This document shows positions 13,501 to 26,206 of a stretch of DNA of 64,000 nt, piece by piece. The notes under the pieces were generated by a model, which was not told the origin of the DNA, did not search any database, and saw nothing but the letters and a program-made list of their open reading frames with translations. The first letter of the stretch is position 1; each line of letters starts with the position of its first letter. Both the position numbers and the translations under genes were made by a program. The stretch spans positions 3,908,001-3,972,000 of the forward strand of contig OZ249436.1 of the NCBI GenBank assembly GCA_965235115.1, given 5' to 3'. The stretch comes from Laetmonice hystrix (Eukaryota).

Positions 13501-16500
13501 CAAGTAGCCTACATAAATACTTATAAACGGAGACGATTTCGTTTTTCAAGTTTAGGTTTTAAGACTGATTTACGGAGGGAGGCGTACTTCTTTCTGAAAC
13601 ACTGTCTGCTGTCTGTAAGGCATGCGCATCCCTCTCACGGCAAGACGGGTATGGTTTTAACAAAATTAGTTTTACGGTCATTCCAACCAGGAAATGTTAA
13701 CAAGACGCCTTAGTGATGCGTCCATACCTCACAGGAGTCATCAGAAACTTCAGTAACAGACCACTAGGATGCTGAGAGTCTAGTTTTGTCGTCTTGCCGA
13801 GGGTGTTGCAGGTCATGTTCCTCCTGGACTGTTACATGCAGTAGATCACAATGTCGGCATACATGGAGGTCTCAGTACTATACACTGAAAAACTTTGATT
13901 CGTCTTAATGACTAATAACGGTTTGTCATCCTCCCCTTCCGAGATGACAAACTTAAATCAAAGTTTTTCAGTGTAACGCGTGTATGTTATTTGTCTGGGT
14001 AGTTAACTGACTATCTCGGTGCAATATCACTCAGGGACGTATTCGGGGTAAATGGGCATGCCCCCTGGTGTTATCCGGGGGTGCATCCACTATGGACCAA
14101 CCAGAAAAGGAGATGTAAACAATCATTCCGTCCCACAGGGAACACCATTCGTGGTCAATGATGGACTTGTCACTTACGATGCTAGTACTACATGTCTCTT
14201 CCAGCCGGCTTGAATCTCCTAGCCCTATTCTCTGTAACCAATCGTAGCCAGGATATATACAGGCCGCCCCCACCGCCGCATGAAGCTTCCTTCAGCTATC
14301 TTTACTACACATTATTTGGTATTTTATATAGCTGAGGCCTAAAGCAGTCGGTCGACGGCAGCCAATGACGGAGATATGACAGAAGACGCGAGGAGAAATC
14401 AAAACGTGTAAAGAAAACTGCGCCATGTATAGGTCTCTGCTTGTATGTTCATAGCGCATCTTCATGGTCCTTATGTAATATTAGAGGACTATAGACTGTA
14501 ATATTAGAGGACTATAGACTGTAATATTAGAGGACTATAGACTGTAATATTAGAGGACTATAGACTGTAATATTAGAGGACTATAGACTGTAATATTAGA
14601 GGACTATAGACTGTAATATTAGAGGACTATAGACTGTAATATTAGAGGACTATAGACTGTAATATTAGAGGACTATAGACTGTAATATTAGAGGACTATA
14701 GACTGTAATATTAGAGGACTATAGACTGTAATATTAGAGGACTATAGACTGTAATATTAGAGGTTCCGTTCATTTAGCATTGGGAGGCCCATTGAAAAAA
14801 CGTTCTAACTGATAACTTCACAATTGTTGTTCTCTTTGCTATCAAACTTACTATACATCAGAATCAACATCTCTTATGTCAGAAAAAATACACTTCATAC
14901 TTAAGAAATATTTAATTGTCAAAAGAAAGGCCGATGTTTGGAGAGGTGTACGCTCGCCCTATGTTAAACCAGTGGGGAATTGTGACGTAACGGAAGTTGC
15001 ATGTCGCCAGCGGTCTGACCTAGTTAGACCGAACCTCGTTTTCGGTCGCGAGACTTACGCTCCCAAGGAATAATTCATAAATCAATCAAAATTCAAATAT
15101 TCCCCCTTCTACTTCTATAATAATAATAGATGTTATATAATAGGTAAGTGACATTCCAATATCATTCTGAGAACAGCTTTCCACAGTTTTCCGCAAATTG
15201 TCTTTTTAAGACAATCACAATAATTGTTATAATGCCGTAGACCTACGGGATGTCGACATGCAGCGAGCTGAGGCTGACCTTTAGGAGTGCGAGTAGTGTG
15301 TTGTAATGTGCGAACTGGACGGCCCAGTGTAAGGCCGTCATGAGGGAGCCATCCATCTCTGCCACCTGAGCTCCATGGTCGAGCAGGTACTGGACCGTCT
15401 CAGTCTGACCCTTCCAACACGCACAATGTAATGGCGACTTGTTCTTCTTGTCCTTGGCGTTCAGATCGGCACCCTTGGTTTGTATCCAAATTAAAATAGA
15501 ATATAAATAAATCATGAAATTATTGTCATTTTATATTGTACCTGGATATGCTTTTACGAATTTACTTTAGTTTCAGACTTTTAAACGTTTATTCAAACAC
15601 AAAGTGAATGAAAATAATACCGGTATGATAATTATTGGGGGGGGGGGGGGGGCATTACTCTTACTGGGAGATCGGTGGAAAATTTACATAGCTACTTACA
15701 TAGCTAACAAGTAGTTCGATCAGGTCAACTTTGTTATAAAGCGCAGCTCTGAAAAAAAAACAATTATCTCTTTGTATATAAAGCCTACTGCATATTGACC
15801 TAAACCGAGGTCAGATATCGAATTGTTCTACTCGACCCTCACAGTTATCCTACTCGACCCTCACAGTTATCCTACTCGACCCTCACAGTTATCCTACTCG
15901 ACCCTCACAGTCATCCTACTCGACCCTCACAGTTATCCTACTCGACCCTCACAGTTATCCTACTCGACCCCCACAGTTATCCTACACGACCCTCACAGTT
16001 ATCCTACTCGACCCTCACAGTTATCCTACTCGACCCTCACAGTTATCCTACTCGACCCTCACAGTTATCCTACTCGACCCTCACAGTTATCCTACTCGAC
16101 CCTCACAGTTCCGTTATAGAGAGGTTAGCGATTGTAAGCAGACAGTAGGCCGAGGCAGTACATCACGTTACCTGTGAATGGGTGACATCGCATCTATGTC
16201 TGGTTGATTGACGTCTGCTCCACGAACGATCAACAGTTTGGTGATCTCCGTGTTTCCTGCGATAGCCGCTAGGTGGAGTGGCGTCATCAGGTTGTGCTGG
16301 AAGCAAGTTCAACCAGACACCAGACGTAGGTCTGGGTGAGTATACGCGCCATGCCCTCCCACATTAGATATATGTTTGAAAAGTCTCGTGCAGTGTGTTT
16401 TTTACATGACCTAGAGTTGTTTATGTTTTCTAATTTGACAAACTTGGATATTTTTCATGCTGAGGCACTGAATTTATGTGGTGTATGTAGGCTTAAAATA

Positions 16501-19500
16501 TCTGCCTACCTTTTGGCCATTGACATCTGCAAAATGGTTGAGCAATTGCTCAGATGCCTGTGAAATGAATACAAAACGTGTCAGAAATGTGCAGGCCTCT
16601 CAAACACATGGTTTATGACAGCAAATGCAGTGGACCCTTTTGCCGCACAGAGGCCCCCATAGATCTACCGGTCCTATACTATACACCAGGTGGAGCCACA
16701 CTTTTTGCCCATATTGTTTCACTTTCAGCACACTAGGTGGACTGAAGTATACTAAATTGTACTTCAGACGACGCATGCAAAAAGTTAACTTTCCAAGCGA
16801 TACACAGAAAAGACCTAATGCCCCTTTTTACACCCTGTGTCAGTTTAAATGCCATACCTTGGCGCCAACTATATACTCACGTCTGTCTGTCCATTTTGTA
16901 CCGCTAGATGGAGCGCGGTGTTGCCCTCGTTATCGCACGCTTGGACAAAACTGCGTTCGCCTGGGCCGTGTTTTCGTACTGGATGGAAATATACGTAAAA
17001 CGTCCTAGTTACGACACTGGAAGAAGACTACTGGAGGGAAAGAAGTAAAACGTCCTATTTACGACACTGGAGGAAGGCTACGCCCTGTTATAGCGTCTTC
17101 AATTGATTGTACAATGAACTATACAGTCAATAAAATCGAATAACAACAACCTGTGTCTGCTCAGTGGAATCGTTTTAGGCCGAGAGTTACAGGGGCCCCG
17201 TCAATTAAAAGCCACAAAATCGACCCCCTCTCATATTAAACAAGATTTACCTGCAATCTCGTAAACAATTTGAAGCAAAACAACTGCGCATATAGTTGTA
17301 ATACGGAGCAGCGTGGAGCATTGCATGGTAACTGCCTTCCTTCGCTCCACGCAGCCATGGGAAACTGAATTTGTAATTTTCTTACATTTGTTGAAATTAT
17401 TTGATCGCCATATTTAAATCTCATGTGGCTAAGGATGAAAGGTACGTTTCATAGTTGGGGGGAATTAATGGAGTCCCTTTAACCGTCAAGCCCAAACATG
17501 GAAAGGGGATTGAAGAGTCGAAAGTGAGCATGGTAAGTTTTGACCTCTTCAAAACCAACGGCTAAACTTTTGTTTAGCGAACTCTTCCGGAAGGTTTTCC
17601 GATGGTTATTATGGTGTGACCGTTGCCGCTAACGGTCTGGGGTCATAGCGGGGATAGAGGTGACTTACCAGCTCGTAACAGAAGGTCTATGACGTCATAG
17701 CGGGGATAGAGGCGACTTACCAGCTCGTAACAGGAAGTCTATGACGTCATAGCGGGGATAGAGGTGACTTACCAGCTCGTAACAGAAGGTCTATGACGTC
17801 AATATGTCCCTCCATGGCTGCCCACATCAATGCTGTCACCTGATTGACGTCACGGTGGGCGACAATCGCTCCCCTCGATATCTACAAGAGGCAGTTATTA
17901 ACTGTAGTGGTCACACTTACAGCAAACAGATCCCAACACGGCTGTGCCTTTTGCCCATTTTCTCCACACGTTGTCATAGATTTTCTGTTGCTAATGGGGC
18001 CTAACCCGAAATGTACTTTACCAACCGTGGCATGTTTTCAGTGACGGGCTTTCGACGCCCACCGACTACCGAAAGGTGCCCCCCCCCCTTTCCTGAGATC
18101 CTGGATCCGCCACTGTTTTTTTATAATATAAGTTAAGGAGAGCTTGGACTGTGCGGTGAGGATGCTCTGGGTACTAATTAGTGCCGAGTGTTTTCGTTAG
18201 GTGGTGCGCGGGTGCGTACGCTCTCTGGGCGGCCTGCTCCCCCTGGCTACCTGCCCCTTGACTACCTATTCAATATAGGCCTACATAGACAATAGCCTGG
18301 TCCCCGCCGCCTTACCATACGCATCCGCTTGATGTTAGGCCCGGTGATGGCTAACAGAAAGCTGTAAAACGGAAGTGGTGATCTCCAAGCACTTCCGCCT
18401 CGGAGCTAATCACTTCCGCCTCCGGTCCGTTGGTCAGCGTTAACAGAGTGATTGACTTCTGCTTGGAGCGTGGCCGGGAGTGGCCAACAATAGCAACATG
18501 CCCCTGCGTATGCAGACCGTAGCAGGTGGTGGGACTGCTGACGCTATGTTTACATCCAGAAAAGCGAGGACATTTAACACTTGTATTTTAAAGGGATTGA
18601 TGAAAATATTTGTGTCTTGTTGGAGAAATACGGAGGGTACGGAACTATACCTCGTTTGCGTCCATGTTTTCGATGGGCCAATCACAATGCTCGCTTCGAT
18701 TGGCCTACGCCAGGCTCTATATACGAAGTTAATATAGAGCTGGGGACCCGGCTACATAGACAATAACTCTTACAGTACCATCTATAACCTTGAGTCCCCA
18801 GTAGGCCTATTTCTTCACTTACCAACAGTTCACAGATCCTGACATTGCCCTGAATGGCGGCCATGTGTAACGGAGTGGTCTGGTCATGGTCCACGGCGTT
18901 CACATTACAACTGGTAACGCTAAGTAACATCTGTAAAGAAATCCATATATCTTTTGTAGCCTTTTGAAATAATCTGTTTGTAGCAGAGCGAGTACAAACA
19001 CTATACACTCAGAGCCGTAAATTTGACGGGAATTTGGCCGAGGCGAGCGTCGAGGGCGCGAGTCGTTCATGTGGCGGGGGTCTAAGAGGTCTCATCCAGA
19101 AAATTTTTGCAATTAATCTTCTATTTTATTTTGGAAATGTCGCTGAGGCAACTGCCTCAGCTGCCTCAATGCAATTTACGGCCCTGTACACTTAAAAATA
19201 GGCTGATGTGTCAGATATTGCAAGATCAGGACATGTAGTAGGCCTTGCTAATTGGTACAGAAAGAGTAACTTGTGCTTCATTTTCGTGGTTGATCGAACT
19301 TGATCCACTCAGATGCGACTAATAGGCCTAATGAAGAAACAATTACCATTTTTGAAACCCAAAGCAATGAAAAGCAATGAAAAACAATGAAACTGTCATG
19401 GCTGTGGTCATGGATTGCATAATCAGTTCAGATCTCTGGATCTTGCTTAAGCCTGCTTGGTGCTGCTGACGAATGGTGCGGCCACATCAGTTCACGCCCC

Positions 19501-20389
19501 AGCCACAGAGTGGCGCTCTGCGTCTAGGCAAATTCCTTGACCAAGAAGGCCTACTTGGTGGGGTGTGAACTGTGGACTTGCGTACCTTGGTGACGGTGTC
19601 GTGCCCCCTCCGGGTGGCATAGTGCAGTGGGGTGCGACCCTTGAAGTCGGCCACGTTGATCTCAGCGCCCTGCGCAAGCAAAGACTGGACAGCGTCGGAC
19701 GCGTTGTAACGACAAGCTAAGTGTAGGGGGCGCTGCTCGTCTGGCCCGCCCTTCACGTTCACAGCTGGGTAAACACAGACATATCATGTCAACATTCGGA
19801 CCCCGATCTAGGGGGGGGGGGCAATTCCCCCTTTTACCAAAAAATGTGTAAAGGGGCAGAAAAGGGAAGAAAGGACAACACGGATCGGGGCCCCGTTTCG
19901 GAAATCCTGGATTCGCGCTCTGATAGGTCTATAAGAATCGGCTGAATTGCCCATACAACGTAGGCCTATAGGGCCTAAATGTGCCAACAGTAGCCTATAG
20001 GTCTAGGCCCCCTTAAAGCCTAGGCAAAAGATACCTTATAGATCCATATAGCCTACTTGTCAATGTTATGTCTTAAGCCCCCTCGTTCTGTTGCGTAGAT
20101 TTCCGGCTTTAGTGGAGGGACTGCATGCTAATGTTTTTTAGATTTCATCCGGGGTATGGGGAAAGAGACAAAAGCGTCGACTCTTTCGTGCATGAAGTTG
20201 CTTTTCATTTAGCCTAACAATTAGTAACCCTTAGTATACGACATAGATATTTACCCCCCAATTATTAATGTTTAGGGTCTAAGTAGGCCTAGATAGGCCC
20301 TAAGTAGGCCTAAAGGGGTCTACGCCTGTATTCCAAACATTTATTTTTAAACCAATATACGATCTAAACACGTTAAATGTTCGCTGGAT

Positions 20390-20461
<72 letters not shown>

Positions 20462-20621
20462 TACCTGCGCCAGCATCCACCAAGCACCTGACGACCTCGA
20501 CACGGTTGTACCTGGCGGCGTGGTGCAGAGCCGAGAAACCGTCGTCGTCAACGTCATGGACCGAGTTCTCGTTCAACACGATATGACCTTCAACCACGTC
20601 CAGCATGCCGTCACGGGCAGC
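1507..20621 (-). CDS. TRPA1: TRPA1-like ankyrin-repeat TRP cation channel (multi-exon; 3' part continues left of the window; N-terminus unresolved)
   Basis: Phase-consistent GT-AG exons (minus): 20621-20465, 19764-19586, 18930-18823, 17881-17773, 16978-16881, 16557-16510, 16296-16172, 15748-15700, 15473-15279, 13332-13249, 10105-10023, 9724-9563, 9217-9106, 8506-8337, 7545-7461, 5888-5829, 5520-5443, 4419-4349, 3933-3720, 2313-2212, 1673-1507. Translation gives ~16-17 ankyrin repeats (TPLHxA-type), linker 'LPDVAMVVLDHC..FDYKYIDPGPDD..LLSHPLCQTILYQKW', S1 'FYVNLVIYVGYLFSLTFYT', S2 and S3-S4 'QWRAGWLALFMAWINFIMYLRR'. Orthology (TRPA1 vs another TRPA clade) not tested. Confidence 0.9.
2321..3360. 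repeat. 65-bp minisatellite (~16 copies) abutting a TRPA acceptor
   Basis: Unit aacatagcaacaatatatctcggtaaattcatcaccttcattctgccatgggaacattcccatgg, with internal hairpin CCATGGGAA/TTCCCATGG. Confidence 0.97.
4430..4622. repeat. 38-bp tandem repeat (~5 copies) abutting a TRPA acceptor
   Basis: Unit aatgaaaggaaatgtacataaggcagaatgttacacaa. Confidence 0.95.
4692..5457. repeat. 40-bp minisatellite (~19 copies) containing the TRPA exon end and donor
   Basis: Unit gggtaaggtatgaggacaggatttgttcaactcacgttca. Confidence 0.97.
5943..6094. mobile_element. Fold-back MITE with CAG flanks (PIF/Harbinger-like)
   Basis: TIR gggcaggttttactaaagg / cctttagtaaaaccggccc, imperfectly palindromic throughout; CAG on both sides. 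Confidence 0.75.
6232..6945. repeat. 65-bp minisatellite (~11 copies)
   Basis: Unit gacccctggaaaccactgaccttacagcagctaactgacaaaccttctcaaacaacataaccaaa. Confidence 0.97.
6987..7141. mobile_element. Near-perfect ~155-bp palindromic MITE with CAG flanks
   Basis: gggcccgtctcactaaag...ggttac T gtaacc...ctttagtgagacgggcac; CAG at 6984-6986 and 7142-7144. Confidence 0.85.
10100..10430. repeat. Degenerate ~70-130-bp repeat (4 copies) containing a TRPA acceptor
   Basis: caacaccttca(atcataga)...cactgacgtcatagatcat recurs at ~10100, 10180, 10311, 10391. Confidence 0.85.
10536..13256. repeat. 30/26-bp two-variant minisatellite (~90 copies) containing the TRPA exon end and donor
   Basis: Units ctacctaccagcacgttacccctgaacgtc (30 bp) and ctataccagcacgttacccctgaacgtc-type short variant, interspersed. 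Confidence 0.97.
13883..13973. mobile_element. Short MITE, CACTG...CAGTG termini, TA flanks
   Basis: ta-cactgaaaaactttgatt ... aatcaaagtttttcagtg-ta. Confidence 0.7.
14475..14763. repeat. 23-bp tandem repeat (~12-13 copies)
   Basis: Unit gtaatattagaggactatagact. Confidence 0.97.
15827..16110. repeat. 22-bp tandem repeat (~13 copies)
   Basis: Unit ctactcgaccctcacagttatc. Confidence 0.97.
17642..17800. repeat. 52-bp repeat (3 copies) containing the TRPA exon end and donor
   Basis: Unit gtcatagcggggatagaggtgacttaccagctcgtaacagaaggtctatgac. Confidence 0.95.
20394..20460. repeat. (TCTG)n microsatellite directly after a TRPA donor
   Basis: Minus strand reads GTAA-GACA-GACA... Confidence 0.95.
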
Positions 20622-21074
20622 CTACAACAGTCGCCGATAGAGGGCGTTCTTACCATGTCTGGAGGGCCATGTAGGTCTACAGGTTTATGGATGAGGTGCC
20701 TACATGTGGCTCTCCATTATAGCCCATAGACTCTATATATACACACATTTGGAATAATTACCATGTTGGGATCTGGGGGGCAGGGGGCCATGGCCCCCAT
20801 GAGGGAAGAAGAAAAGATTTTTTGTGGGTTCTCTAATTAGGCCTTATTAACCCCGAACTCCAGTATTGTAAATGTCCCCTCAGCTGCTCCCTCCCCTCAA
20901 GGAAATCCTGGATCCGGCCTGATTACATCATTGGTCGTATTTAATACAGCTATATGCCTCTAGGGCCCCTATATCGCACAACTAGACCTATATGACCAAT
21001 AGGCAGACAGCAATATACCAATAGGTCTACTGCAATACGGTAGCTCTTCCAGCAGACATTTAACCCTCCCCCAT

Positions 21075-21385
21075 CTATACAATGGCCCCTAGGTCTATAC
21101 ATTGGCCCATAGGTCATACATTGTCCCATAGGTCTATACATTGTCCCAAAGGTCTATAGGTACATTGTCCCATTGGCCCCTATAGGTCTATACATTGACC
21201 CATAGGTCTATACATTGGCCCCTAGGTCTATACATTGACCCATAGGTCTATACAATGGCCCCTAGGTCTATACATTGTCCCATAGGTCTATACATTGTCC
21301 CATAGGTCTATACATTGTCCCATTGGCCCCTATAGGTCTACACATTGTCCCATAGGTCTATACATGGCCCATTGGTCTACACAGT
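21075..21385. repeat. ~20-bp degenerate tandem repeat
   Basis: Unit ggtctatacattgtcccata. Confidence 0.9.
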
Positions 21386-22697
21386 GTCCTGCTTCACCAA
21401 GTAGCTGGCGCATGAAAGTGGGACGGTGGCGTTGGCGTATAGTTGGTTTGGGCCTGATACTTCATGTCATGTGAAGAGGTGCAGCAAAGTTGGGGCCTTA
21501 CTGTTCGAGTCCACTAGGCTCCTATATATTTTCTGTTTCGTTCCATTCCTAAAAGGTCAACCTTGTTAAAAGAATCATGTCACCTATTTCATATAGATTT
21601 TACATATTGGCGAAAATACTGCTTAATTGTCTGGTAATTATGTTCCATAGCACTGCCTACTTGACTGATTGGATGCCGTGAATATTTTTTTTTTTTTAAT
21701 ATTTGGAATGACTCGCGTCTTTTTCGAGACCTGCAGCCCACCTACGCGATAGAGTTTTAGCCGGGCGATTTTACACCCTTTTCACAGAACGCGAGACTAT
21801 ATATAGCCGCAATCACGTGATCATCTCACCTGTTGCATGCAACGTTATGCCTGCAGGTCAGACATTCCCGATGGCGGAAGGCAGCGTTGTTTTTGAGTGT
21901 TCTCGACACCAAATGTGAAATGTGAAGGTGACTGCATTTTCTTTGCTGTACGTAATGTAAACCTAGGAAGTAACCTCTGGACAGAAGGTGCATAGATTTT
22001 GACGAGGTAAGCATGAAACAGGCCGAACTGGCTTCCCGGAACGCTCAACCAGGGTATCATGATTCCTTTAAGCATGATGCCCAGTAAAGAGACGCCTAGT
22101 AAAGAGAAGATACGGTCCTATCTATCCTGATAGAGTCCTTCTATCTATCCTTAGCAAAAACCTACGTTATAATTATGTAAATAACCCTAACTATACACAA
22201 ACCGAATTACCTACACGCACACCCATCATGTGGTGTCAACACCTACTTCTAAAATAGTCCGTTTCCATTCTATCTTAGTAACTCCTGTGACAACATGCCA
22301 TCAGGAGGCGTACTCTACGACCTGGAAACCTTTCCCCAAGTACATAGAGGTGCACACAAAAATATCTCGCGGAGCGAACATTTTGCAGGTATGCCTGATA
22401 ACTCCATGAAAACTTTGACTGAGGACTTTTTTTTTGGGGGGGGGGGGGGTCTGGGGTCCGATGTTAGGGATTAGATCTAGGTCAGGTCTTGGACGAGAGA
22501 TAGATTTCAGGGTTACCAGTGTCGGAGCGGTAGGGGTTGACGGGGTGGTTTCCATCAGAGGGCCTCATCCTGTCAGCGATCTAAGTGGTAAAGAGCAAGG
22601 TGCCACAAATGTTCAACGCCTAATTCTTGACCGAAGCCAAATTGACCAGAACTTTTTAAAATTACATAACATAAACTACCTAGCATTGTTTATTCAT

Positions 22698-22748
<51 letters not shown>

Positions 22749-23099
22749 CTTATTTTTATTATTTTACTTATTTATGTATTTTTCATTGGATTTATTTGGG
22801 GGAACAATCAGTCCCCCTGAAAATTCTTCATTCACTGTAAGTGCACTTCATGTGCTGCAGTATATCACACCTTCTGGTATAATCCAGGTTTATTTATAAA
22901 CTATACAGCACTTCTAACATGATTCACCTCGGACACGGCTACCCAATTTACAAAGGTTTAATTCAAGCCCAACTATATACTGATTGATGTAGCTGGGTGC
23001 ACTCTACCCGTTAGCCTCCTATCAGGTTTCAAGTGTTTCAAGCAACAGCAGCTGTTGGGGTAGGCCAACGGTAGTGACAAACTGGGGCACTGCGATATT

Positions 23100-23560
23100 T
23101 CAGCGAGCGAGGGACCGAGTCACTTAGTGAGCGAGTGGTGATTCTAGGCCCTGCCCGCGCCCCCTCGCTATATTGAATTAGTGAGGGGGCCACAGTGAGC
23201 GAGGGGCCGAGTCGTTCAGTGAGCGAGTGGTGATTCTAGGCCCTGCCCGCGCCCTCTCGGTATATTGAATTAGTGAGGGGGCCACAGTGAGCGAGGGGCC
23301 GAGTCGTTCAGTGAGCGAGTGGTGATTCTAGGCCCTGCCCGCGCCCTCTCGGTATATTGAATTAGTGAGGGGGCCACAGTGAGCGAGGGGCCGAGTCGTT
23401 CAGTGAGCGAGTGGTGATTCTAGGCCCTGCCCGCGCCCCCTCGCTATATTGAATTGGTGAGGGGGCCACAGTGAGCGAGGGACCGAGTCGTTCAGTGAGC
23501 GAGTGGTGATTCTAGGCCCTGCCTGCGCCCCGTCGGTATATTGAATTGGTGAGGGGGTCC
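23100..23560. repeat. 92-bp GC-rich tandem repeat (5 copies)
   Basis: Unit cagtgagcgaggggccgagtcgttcagtgagcgagtggtgattctaggccctgcccgcgccctctcggtatattgaattagtgagggggcca. Confidence 0.95.
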
Positions 23561-23597
23561 CGATGGCTCTGTGGTCGGCACTGGCTCATGCATGACA

Positions 23598-24640
23598 ACA
23601 GGGCCTGCCTCTCCCCCTGCATGGAGCCCTCTCCGAGCCAGATGTGAGGAGGGTTATCAGTTACCTGTTGTAAGGTGAATGGATTTCTCGATATTATGAC
23701 CACAAGGCCTCTCCCCACTGCATGGAGCCCTCTCCGAGCCAGATGTGAGGAGGGTTATCCGTTACCTGTTGTCAGGTGAATGGAGTTCTCGATATTATGA
23801 CCACAGGGCCTCCCCCCCTGCACGGGTTGGGGCCCTCTCTGAGCCAGATGTGAGGAGGGTTATCCGTTACCTGTTGTCAGGTGAATGGAGTTCTCGATAT
23901 TATGACCACAGGGCCTCTTCCCACTGCATGGGTTGGAGCCCTCTCTGAGCCAGATGTGAGGAGGGTTATCAGTTACCTGTTGTCAGGTGAATGGATTTCT
24001 CGATATTATGACCACTATGCCTCTCCCCCTGCATGGGTTGGGGCCCTCTCTGAGCCAGATGTGAGGAGGGTTATCAGTTACCTGTTGTCAGGTGAATGGA
24101 GTTCTCGATATTATGACCACTATGCCTCTCCCCCTGCATGGGTTGGGGCCCTCTCTGAGCCAGATGTGAGGAGGGTTATCCGTTACCTGTTGTCAGGTGA
24201 ATGGATTTCTCGATATTATGACCACAGGGCCTCTCCCCCCTGCATGGGTTGGGCCCCTCTCTGAGCCAGATGTGAGGAGGGTTATCCGTTACCTGTTGTC
24301 AGGTGAATGGAGTTCTCGATATTATGACCACAGGGCCTGCCTCTCCCCCTGCATGGAGCCCTCTCTGAGCCAGATGTGAGGAGGGTTATCAGTTACCTGT
24401 TGTCAGGTGAATGGAGTTCTCGATATTATGACCACAGGGCCTCTTCCCACTGCATGGGTTGGAGCCCTCTCTGAGCCAGATGTGAGGAGGGTTATCAGTT
24501 ACCTGTTGTCAGGTGAATGGAGTTCTCGATATTATGACCACAGGGCCTCTTCCCACTGCATGGGTTGGAGCCCCCTCTGGGCCAGATGTGAGGAGGGTTA
24601 TCCCTTACCTGTTGTCAGGTGAATGGATTTCTCGATATTT
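23598..24640. repeat. ~105-bp tandem repeat (~10 copies)
   Basis: gagccagatgtgaggagggttatc...ctcgatattatgaccac recurs every ~101-106 bp. Confidence 0.95.
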
Positions 24641-26206
24641 TGACTCTGGCTGTTGCGGGGACGTAAAAACTTTGGTCCTTTCCAAGGATTCCACGCGGAC
24701 GTGATTCCCGATCGCAGGGAAATTCAACGGTTCATCGCCCCATGCCATGTCAACAACCAGCCATGAGACGATCGCTTCATGACGACAACATACAGGAAAC
24801 TGGAATGTTGAGTTTCATTAGATTTCTCCATTTCTGTGTGTATACATTATTGATGTATGTATAGTCTAAGACCTTATCTAGCCTAACAGCCCATGTCTGC
24901 ATTTTGGAGTCATCGAAATGAGAGCTACTCGCTGATTGCTGTAAGGTTATTGCCCATGCGACCTCCGTACAAAATTATTTTCGCAATGGATCCTTTTAAT
25001 TTAAAGTCAACACTTCCACCCGAAAGAAACTTATTAAATAATCGGTACCGGTCTTGTACGAGGGCTTCGCAACACAGTTTCCAATACATATTTGATAATG
25101 GTGATGTATATACCACCATATAAATAAGACCCTATAACAGACGTGTCTTCAAATGCATAATTCCTGGGCCGCACTAGTCCTTCAGCAAGCTCTTTCTGTG
25201 ATGTCATGGTAAGGAAGTCTATCAGCTGATGTCTTACCCGTTTGTAAACACCATTTAGCCCGTCTCGACCTGCCGTGCGTATCCTCCTCAGGGAACTGCC
25301 AAGCACGATACCCGGGGCGATAACTGCCGTCGGTGGCGAGCGGTATACGAAAGGAAAAGTTTTTGTTATGTTCCAGATGTTCTGCTGAGAGGGAAGCGTT
25401 CCAATGAGAACGCCCCAGAACCTTCCAGTCGGCGTCGAAAGTATCTAATCCAACCTCATAGGTCTCATTTCCTCTGATATTCGGTTATAATCAATCGATA
25501 TTAAAGTTAAACAGGCGTGAAATACCAAAACATTAAAGGCAATAAAAAATTGTGTATAACATAATCATCGTATAACCTTCAAAATAAAGCATTAAAATTA
25601 TAGGGTTCCATTACAATTTTCGAGTAAATGGTGAGCAAAAACTTGAATTCAATAAAACATATTAGTACCGTACTGTGTGATTTTGTATTATTCGGTTCGT
25701 AGTCATTATATTTAACTGGGTGGGAATCATTTTTCCTTTACTGATTCATGTCTTGATGTTTCCCTAATACTGATTTGGGGTAATCTTATCATTTATAAGA
25801 GATTTTTAAGGAATTTTCCTATACGACAAATGTGCATGTTTACTGCGAAATCAGCTGTTCATAACAGAACCTCTAAACCGCCCTTTTCATACCAGCTACA
25901 TGTACCTGTGCGAGGGGTGTGGCATGGGATTGGGGTGGGGTAGGGGACGGGGCAGGTTAGGGTGGGGTGGGGTGGGGGTGGGGTACATTCCGGGAGACAT
26001 CTGTTCTACGACCGGCCCCTGTCACACCCACACGTGGCCAGCGCCACAGCAAGCCCTATTAACCTGCACGTACCGAATACCACGTGCCAGTCTGATTCGA
26101 ATACTCTGGTTGGTGGATTCCAAGAACTTCGAAATGAGTAAATTCTCTTGAAAATATTTCCGAGATAAATCAGAAAGGTATGTACACACAGCAGTACCGG
26201 TATTGC

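Noticed and set aside
17251..17364. Possible TRPA cassette exon
   Set aside because: Frame-compatible but not ankyrin-like; 17773 joins 16978 cleanly without it.
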